Shown here: one piece after another, positions 57,920-64,000 of the stretch
Layout: every line of letters begins with the position of its first letter
Position numbering within the stretch: the stretch's first letter is position 1
Assembly (NCBI GenBank): GCA_021790385.1
Contig: JAJYDW010000005.1
Span: forward strand, 6,294-70,293
DNA length: 64,000 bases
Direction: 5' to 3'
From: Planctomycetota bacterium
Lineage (GTDB): Bacteria; Planctomycetota; Phycisphaerae; WQYP01
Program-made: the position numbers and the translations under genes
The notes under the pieces: model-generated
What the model saw: the letters and a program-made list of their open reading frames with translations, nothing else
Told to the model about the DNA's origin: nothing
The model's database searches: none

Positions 57920-58648
57920 TTAACGGCCCAACAACCCATTGAATTGGCTGGAGAGAGATGCTTCCTGCGGGGTGGAATCGCTGGCAATATCCCATTGAAA
58001 CTTCACCCGTGAATCCGGAACATTGTACTTGCGCTGAAGCTGCTGAACCAGGCGCTGCAAAGTCGCCACCTGATTCCGCGAAAAAGGCTGGACATTTACA
58101 TTACCTATAAGACAAATACCAATGGCTTGCTTATAAACGGTATAATGATGATAGCGAGGATCGGGCCACTGGCAATAGGGTGCGGCGAACTCCTGATGCA
58201 GCCAAGTTGTTCCAATTTCAACATTTCCATCCGCCTTGTCGGCGCTGTTGTGCCCATTGTCAATTACAAAATGAAAATCAGCAGGTACCTCCTGAAGCAC
58301 CCGGCCGCCGGCGACACCGGGACCATGGGTATCTTCCAACAAACGTCCACGCTCCAGCTCCGCCGCATCACCCGCGGAACTATGCGACTGATAAATAACG
58401 ATGTATTTCCACCGCCGCGCCGGCACCAAGGGGGCCAGATGCCGCAAAGTCAGGTAATCAAGGTTGACGCGATTGCTTGCAGCCAGCAGGTTATACCGGC
58501 TGACTCCGGCAATCGGATGACCTTCCAGCAACAGCAGCATGCCGGCACACAACGACAGACTGAACACCAGACTGACCAGCACTGCAAAAACACGGCTGTA
58601 AGTTACCGGCTGTTTGCGTGATCGACTTTTACCAGTACTGGCGGCCAT
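57920..58648 (-). CDS. Membrane-anchored N-acetylmuramoyl-L-alanine amidase (Amidase_2)-like protein, degenerate
   Basis: WKYIVIYQS, FHFVIDNG...DGNVE, AIGICLIGN, Q..TL..LV..L motifs. Confidence 0.7.
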   Translation of the reverse strand: MAASTGKSRSRKQPVTYSRVFAVLVSLVFSLSLCAGMLLLLEGHPIAGVSRYNLLAASNRVNLDYLTLRHLAPLVPARRWKYIVIYQSHSSAGDAAELERGRLLEDTHGPGVAGGRVLQEVPADFHFVIDNGHNSADKADGNVEIGTTWLHQEFAAPYCQWPDPRYHHYTVYKQAIGICLIGNVNVQPFSRNQVATLQRLVQQLQRKYNVPDSRVKFQWDIASDSTPQEASLSSQFNGLLGR

Positions 58649-58979
58649 GGACCAAACCTTATGAAATCCCTAAACCCCACTATCGGACAATCAAGGGCAT
58701 ATTCATCAATTTATCACAGCAACGTGATTAAATCCAGTCTCATGGCCTCCGGTCCGACTTATTTGTTAATCCGACCGGCGGATAAATTTCGATATGCTAT
58801 TGACCAAAGACGTCCGGATGTCTACCATATGTGTGTTTGGCATTTCTGGGTGAGAAAGCCGGATGACGCTATGGGTGCTTCCGGGGTTTAGTTGGTCTTA
58901 AAAAAGTTCCCCGCTGGCAAAGCAGTTGCGGATGCTGTGGAATTCAGCAAGCGGTACAATAGAGACAGGAGTATGAATT

Positions 58980-60008
58980 ATGAACGTCGAAGCCGCCCTT
59001 CTCCACGCCAAACGAGTTCTGTTTGTATTCTTGAGTCTGGGTCTTTTAATCCTGATACTGGGCATTGTCTGCCTGGCCATTACGCTCAAAGAAACCGCTG
59101 TACACGTGGGCGGCTGGCAGGCGTTTGACCAGGCCGCGCCCAGTCTGGCCATTATGCTGTTCGGCCTGATGATTACCATTACCGTCGGCTTCATCGAGCC
59201 GCTGCTGGCCATTCGACTGCAACAGACCGCCGCCGAGCACTGGCGCTATGAACAGATCCGCGGAGCCATGGAAAGTCAGCGTCAGCAACTGGAAGCCATC
59301 CGCGAAAGTGTTTCGCTTTCTGATGCGGCCAAACAGGTGGCCTACCGCCATAAGGATCGCGAGGCCCTCCGCCATGCGATCCGTGAGGATATTGATAAAA
59401 ATGACTACGAAGCGGCCTATTGGCTGACCAGCGAAATGGAACGCCGCTTCGGCAGCAAGCAGGAAGCAACCCAATTGCGCGACATGATCGAAAGCGCTCG
59501 CCGCAAATTCATCGAAACTGAAGTGCGCGAATCGCTGGTACATTTTGATCAACTGCTCAAACGCTACGACTGGGCGTCCTGTTACCGGGAAATGGAACAA
59601 CTCATGCGCATGTTTTCATCGCATCCTGATATCCAGCGGCTGCCCGAGCGACTCCAGGCCTCCCGTGAAGCCCACAAACGATCTCTGCTGCGGGAATGGA
59701 AGGATTCCGTTTCCAAGGATGATGTGGATCGGAGTGTGGAACTCCTCAAGCAGTTGGATCAATACCTTACCCCGGGTGAAGCGGAAGGTTACAAGGAAAT
59801 AGCGCGTGATGTATTTAAAAAGAAACTCCAGCAGCTTGGTGTACAGTTTGCCCTGCACGTCAATGATAAAAACTGGCCCGACGCTCTTCGCATCGGCCAG
59901 CAGATTATCGACGAATTTCCCAACGCCCGCATCGCCTCGGAAGTGCGCGACCGGATGCCCATTATCAAGGAAAAAGTCCAGCCGACCCAGCCGTCGCTTG
60001 CCATCTGA
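58980..60008 (+). CDS. Hypothetical membrane protein with helical/TPR-like C-terminus
   Basis: Two TM helices, SLSDAAKQVAYR...LDQYLTP...IIDEFPN. Confidence 0.7.
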   Translation: MNVEAALLHAKRVLFVFLSLGLLILILGIVCLAITLKETAVHVGGWQAFDQAAPSLAIMLFGLMITITVGFIEPLLAIRLQQTAAEHWRYEQIRGAMESQRQQLEAIRESVSLSDAAKQVAYRHKDREALRHAIREDIDKNDYEAAYWLTSEMERRFGSKQEATQLRDMIESARRKFIETEVRESLVHFDQLLKRYDWASCYREMEQLMRMFSSHPDIQRLPERLQASREAHKRSLLREWKDSVSKDDVDRSVELLKQLDQYLTPGEAEGYKEIARDVFKKKLQQLGVQFALHVNDKNWPDALRIGQQIIDEFPNARIASEVRDRMPIIKEKVQPTQPSLAI

Positions 60009-60089
60009 AATAGCAGTGCCTATGCCGTCGGACCGGTCGGGGACAATTGCGCCATGGCCATGGAACGGCGCGCCGGGAGTTGCTCTCGG

Positions 60090-61055
60090 ATGAACATTGT
60101 CTTTCTGTCTTCCGGTGCTTTTGGCATTCCCACCCTGAAGCTTCTGCTTGGCGGCCGCCATCGGATACTGGAGGTGATTTCGCAACCAGACCGACCGGCC
60201 GGCCGCGGGCGGCATTTTACACCCACCCCCGTGGCGGAATTTGCACGGGACCATGGTCTGCCCGTCACCACCGCCGCCAATATTAACGATCCGGAATCGC
60301 TTTCCCGAATGGCCGATCTGGCGGCAAACGTCATGGTGGTTATAGCGTTTGGACAGAAGCTATCGGATCACCTGCTGGCACTGGCACCCCACGGAGGAAT
60401 TAACCTGCACGCATCGGTGCTGCCGGATTTTCGCGGAGCCGCCCCGATTAACCGAGCCATACTGGCCGGACTCACGCACACCGGAGTATCGGTGATTCGA
60501 GTTAGCAGTCGCATGGATGCCGGCGATATTCTCGGGGTTTGCCATACACCAATTGGAGATACCGAAACCGCTGGCGAATTGCATGACCGCCTGGCCGTAC
60601 TGGGGGCCCCCCTGCTGGTGCAGGTTTTGGACCAGTTGGAAAGTGGAGCCTTGATCCCGGCCACCCCGCAGGATGAATCCCGCGCTTCCGCGGCACCCAA
60701 ACTCAGCCGCGCCATGGGCTGGGTTGATTTTACGCGCCCCGCCACCGTAGTTTCCGCAAGAATCCGCGGCTTGTCGCCATGGCCCGGCTGTGCAGTAGAC
60801 GTTTTCACCACCGAAGCGAAACTGCGCACCGGGGCCATCGTCCACAAGTGCCGCGCCAACGCCGATGCACCGGTACCGTCCGGTACAGCCCCCGGAACCG
60901 TATTGCCGGACCTCACCATAGCCTGTGGTACGGGCACACTTTCCATCCTCACCCTGCAACCCGCCGGCCGCAAAATGATGGATCTACCCTCATTCATCAA
61001 CGGCTACGGCCTGGCAGCCGGTTACCAGCTCCAATCATTGCCGCCCACTGGCTGA
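60090..61055 (+). CDS. fmt: Methionyl-tRNA formyltransferase
   Basis: SQPDRPAGRG, NLHASVLPDFRGAAPI, MDAGD, IRGLSPWPG. Confidence 0.93.
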   Translation: MNIVFLSSGAFGIPTLKLLLGGRHRILEVISQPDRPAGRGRHFTPTPVAEFARDHGLPVTTAANINDPESLSRMADLAANVMVVIAFGQKLSDHLLALAPHGGINLHASVLPDFRGAAPINRAILAGLTHTGVSVIRVSSRMDAGDILGVCHTPIGDTETAGELHDRLAVLGAPLLVQVLDQLESGALIPATPQDESRASAAPKLSRAMGWVDFTRPATVVSARIRGLSPWPGCAVDVFTTEAKLRTGAIVHKCRANADAPVPSGTAPGTVLPDLTIACGTGTLSILTLQPAGRKMMDLPSFINGYGLAAGYQLQSLPPTG

Positions 61056-61084
61056 ATTTCGCCAATGACGTTATTTTATTGTCC

Positions 61085-62506
61085 ATGAGTCGCGAAAATT
61101 CCATCCGGGTTCTGATTGTTGATGACGAAGTGGATCATGCGGATGCCATCAGCGAGGCCATTGCCCGTATCGGCTTGCCGGTCAAACAGGCTCACAATCT
61201 AGTCGATGCGAAGCGTTTTTTTACCGAGGATGAATTTGATCTGGTCATCACCGATTTGCGCATGGACAGTCTCCGCGACGGTTTTGATCTGCTGGAATTC
61301 GTCCGCCGCACGCGCCCCGGCACCGAAGTCATTGTGGTAACCGCACATGGAGATGTTTCTACGGCGGTGGAGGCAATGCGTAACGGAGCTTGGGATTTTA
61401 TTCAAAAACCGCTGGATCTGGATATCATCCGGGCCCAGGTGCGGCGGGCGGCCGAAAAGATCCGCCTCCACAAACAAAATTCCCAGTTTCAGATCGCCCT
61501 GGATCAGAAATTCGGCATGCAGGGAATTATCGGTAACAGCGAACCCATGCGCCGCGCCCTGCAGATGGTGCGGCAAATAGCCCCTACGGATATCAGCGTG
61601 CTGATTCTGGGTGAATCCGGCACAGGCAAGGAACTCATCGCCCGGGCCATTCACCAGAATTCCCGACGCAGCGCCGGCAGGTTCGTAGCCCTCAATTGCG
61701 CCGGCCTCAACGAAAGCACCCTGGAAGATGAACTGTTCGGTCATATCCGCGGGGCCTTTACCGACGCCCGCGGAGATCGCGAAGGCCGCTTTGAATATGC
61801 CGACGGCGGCACCCTTTTCCTCGATGAAATCGGCGATATGCCCCTGACCATGCAGGCCAAGCTGCTGCGGGTTCTGCAGGATCGCCAGATTGTGCGCATC
61901 GGTTCCAATGACCCCATTGATGTGGATGTGCGTTTTGTGGCCGCCACCAACAAAGACCTTGAGCACGCCATACGTATCAAGGAATTCCGTGACGATCTTT
62001 ATTTTCGCATCAAAGGGGCGACCATTCACCTGCTGCCGCTGCGTCTGCGCCGTGAGGATATCCCACCCCTCATCAACCACGTCATCGAGAAAAGCGCACA
62101 ACGCCTCGGCAAGAGCATTCGCGGCATTGAACCCGAAGCCCGCAAAACGATGGTGGCCTACGACTGGCCCGGCAATGTCCGGCAACTGGAAAATGTCATT
62201 GATAACATGATTGCCCTGGCTACCGGTCCGCTGTTGACCATGGCCGATGTGCCGGCGGAAATTGTCGGTCCCTATTCGGTGGAAACTCTGTCCACCACGG
62301 CGCTGGTGCCCGTGAATCACCTGGATACCGGCCCAGGCTCGGCCATCACCAACGTGGTCGGCATGACGCTGGCGGATCTGGAAAAGCAGGCCATCGACAA
62401 AACGCTTAAAATGTTCAATGGCAATCGGGAACAGGCCGCCCGGGCACTGGGTATCGGCGAAAGAACTCTTTACCGCAAAATCAAAGAATACGGCATTAAC
62501 GAATAG
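61085..62506 (+). CDS. Sigma-54-dependent response regulator (NtrC/AtoC family)
   Basis: REC domain (VDDE, TDLRM), GESGTGKE, GAFTDA, LDEIG, WPGNVRQL, Fis-type HTH. Confidence 0.93.
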   Translation: MSRENSIRVLIVDDEVDHADAISEAIARIGLPVKQAHNLVDAKRFFTEDEFDLVITDLRMDSLRDGFDLLEFVRRTRPGTEVIVVTAHGDVSTAVEAMRNGAWDFIQKPLDLDIIRAQVRRAAEKIRLHKQNSQFQIALDQKFGMQGIIGNSEPMRRALQMVRQIAPTDISVLILGESGTGKELIARAIHQNSRRSAGRFVALNCAGLNESTLEDELFGHIRGAFTDARGDREGRFEYADGGTLFLDEIGDMPLTMQAKLLRVLQDRQIVRIGSNDPIDVDVRFVAATNKDLEHAIRIKEFRDDLYFRIKGATIHLLPLRLRREDIPPLINHVIEKSAQRLGKSIRGIEPEARKTMVAYDWPGNVRQLENVIDNMIALATGPLLTMADVPAEIVGPYSVETLSTTALVPVNHLDTGPGSAITNVVGMTLADLEKQAIDKTLKMFNGNREQAARALGIGERTLYRKIKEYGINE

Positions 62507-62513
62507 GCTTTTT

Positions 62514-62996
62514 ATGCATGAATATCGCGTTGGCCTCGGCTACGACCTGCACCGCACCCAGGGCGATCGCCCACTGGTCTTGGCCAATATCTCCATACCC
62601 CATGAAACGGGCCTGGTTGGCCATTCCGATGCCGACGTGGTGATCCACGCTCTTATTGACGCTATCACCGGTGCCGCCGCCCTGCCTGATGTCGGCGAAA
62701 TGTTTCCCAATACCGATGCGCGGTATCAGGGGATTAACTCCGCGAACCTGCTGGACGCCGTGATGATGGAATTGGCTAAAACCCGCTGGCGTCTGGTTAA
62801 CGTTGATATTGTTGTCATTGCCCAACGCCCCAAACTTGCGCCGCACAAACCCGCCATGCGCAACCGTCTTGCCGAACTGCTGAAAATTCCGCTAAATTGC
62901 GTCAACATCAAAGGCAAAACCAATGAGCGGATGGATGCCATCGGAGAGGAAAAAGCCATTGCCTGCCATTGCGTAGCCCTGCTGGCAACCGCGTAA
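62514..62996 (+). CDS. ispF: 2-C-methyl-D-erythritol 2,4-cyclodiphosphate synthase
   Basis: RVGLGYDLH, GHSDADV..HA..DA, KGKTNE. Confidence 0.95.
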   Translation: MHEYRVGLGYDLHRTQGDRPLVLANISIPHETGLVGHSDADVVIHALIDAITGAAALPDVGEMFPNTDARYQGINSANLLDAVMMELAKTRWRLVNVDIVVIAQRPKLAPHKPAMRNRLAELLKIPLNCVNIKGKTNERMDAIGEEKAIACHCVALLATA

Positions 62997-63005
62997 CCCC
63001 CTGCC

Positions 63006-63500
63006 ATGGAGCGGCACATGCGAATTCTTGGCATTGACCCCGGCTTGCATCTCACCGGCTATGCACTGCTGACGCTGCACCCCCGTGGCCCGGCCCTGGA
63101 AGAAGCCGGAGTTTTACGCATTGGCACCAAAGAACCTCTGCCCAACCGTCTGCATCAACTGCACCTCCAGATGTCCCAATTACTGATCGAATATCCCTGC
63201 GATCACATGGCTGTGGAGCAATTATACGCCCACTACAAACATCCGCGTACAGCCATTCTCATGGGCCATGCCCGCGGCGCGATACTGCTGGCCGCCGCCC
63301 AGGCCAATATCCCCATCACCAGCCTGTCCAGCACGCTGGTAAAAAAAATGGTCACCGGCAACGGCCACGCCACAAAGCGGCAGATGCAATTAGCCGTGGC
63401 TGCTTTGTACCGGCTGGCCCGACCACCTTCGCCCCCCGATGTTGCCGACGCCATCGCCATCGCCTGGACCCTGGCCGCCAAGCTCCAACAACACCGCTGA
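63006..63500 (+). CDS. ruvC: Holliday junction resolvase RuvC
   Basis: ILGIDPG, AVE, GHARG, VTGNGHATK, DVADAIAIA. Confidence 0.95.
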   Translation: MERHMRILGIDPGLHLTGYALLTLHPRGPALEEAGVLRIGTKEPLPNRLHQLHLQMSQLLIEYPCDHMAVEQLYAHYKHPRTAILMGHARGAILLAAAQANIPITSLSSTLVKKMVTGNGHATKRQMQLAVAALYRLARPPSPPDVADAIAIAWTLAAKLQQHR

Positions 63501-63736
63501 CTTATGAATCAGCCATCACGTCTACATCTCCTACGGGCCGGTGCCCGGGCCAACATCATTTCACTGCCGGCCAAGGTAAGTGTCGTCTCTATAACCCCGG
63601 CTACCATTCGTAATTGCACCATGAGAATCTGCTGCCGCCGCTAGCAAAAGTACAAAGCGATGGTATTGGAATTCACTCCAGCCACTTATCCCCCGATGGG
63701 TGGATAAACCAGCGGCGTTGGCCCATAATACCCAGC

Positions 63737-64000
63737 ATGCTGCTGAATCCCATCCTTACCGGCACTGCCTTATTTGTACTTGGGGCGTGCATCGGCAGCT
63801 TTTTGAACGTGATAATCTGGCGATCAGCTTACCTGGGTCAACCGGTAACGTTTGGTGGCAAAACCGCCGGCCTTAGCCTAAGCTGGCCGCCATCGCATTG
63901 TCCGCATTGCAACTGTGCAATTCGCTGGTATCAGAATATACCGGTGTTGGCGTGGGTGTGGCTGCGGGGACGGTGCGCGAAGTGCCAGGCCAAAATTCCC
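63737..64000 (+). CDS. Prepilin peptidase (A24), 3' end runs off the window
   Basis: Manual translation GACIGSFLNVIIWR...PPSHCPHC..IRWYQNIPV..W..LRGRCAKC. Confidence 0.88.
   Translation, partial: MLLNPILTGTALFVLGACIGSFLNVIIWRSAYLGQPVTFGGKTAGLSLSWPPSHCPHCNCAIRWYQNIPVLAWVWLRGRCAKCQAKIP

Noticed and set aside
60779-61084. N-terminal extension of the NtrC-type ORF (575 aa)
   Set aside because: Overlaps fmt; the REC domain starts at ATG 61085.
63500-63736. Possible small gene or RNA between ruvC and the prepilin peptidase
   Set aside because: No convincing ORF, RBS or conserved structure seen.

Overview
Bacterial chromosomal window. A Planctomycetota (Phycisphaerae-like) origin is inferred from the PEP-CTERM proteins, the A-FTLxELL prepilin-like (DUF1559-type) proteins, a long YidC and planctomycete-type integrase and IS remnants; strongly basic exported proteins hint at an acidophile. 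From left to right: (i) part of a type II FAS/PKS-like cluster (ketosynthase, acyltransferase, hot-dog dehydratase); (ii) a Cu/Ag efflux region (putative anti-sigma, ECF sigma, two small Cys/Met proteins, cusB-cusA-cusC, cytochrome c) with two matching ECF-type promoters; (iii) a PEP-CTERM metalloprotease, valS, cimA and rlmN; (iv) a ~26 kb glycan-utilisation island (about 21.0-47.0 kb) bracketed by inverted IS701 remnants. The island has no SusC/SusD. It encodes 2 PEP-CTERM proteins, 2 pilin-like proteins, 2 GH29 (one a pseudogene), 2 sulfatases, GH117-like, heparinase-like, beta-helix and SGNH enzymes, an SSS transporter and an atypical LacI. Four of its promoters share an 18-bp palindrome fixed 31-32 bp upstream of the -35 box; (v) an integrase/PhyH scar, an unlisted 26-aa basic ORF, leuA with a leaderless Leu-rich attenuator, tRNA-Leu(CAA) and an orphan HTH gene; (vi) housekeeping genes (yidC, mnmE, kinase and phosphoesterases, fmt, NtrC-type regulator, ispF, ruvC, partial prepilin peptidase). 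All calls come from motif reading by eye; no database searches were run.
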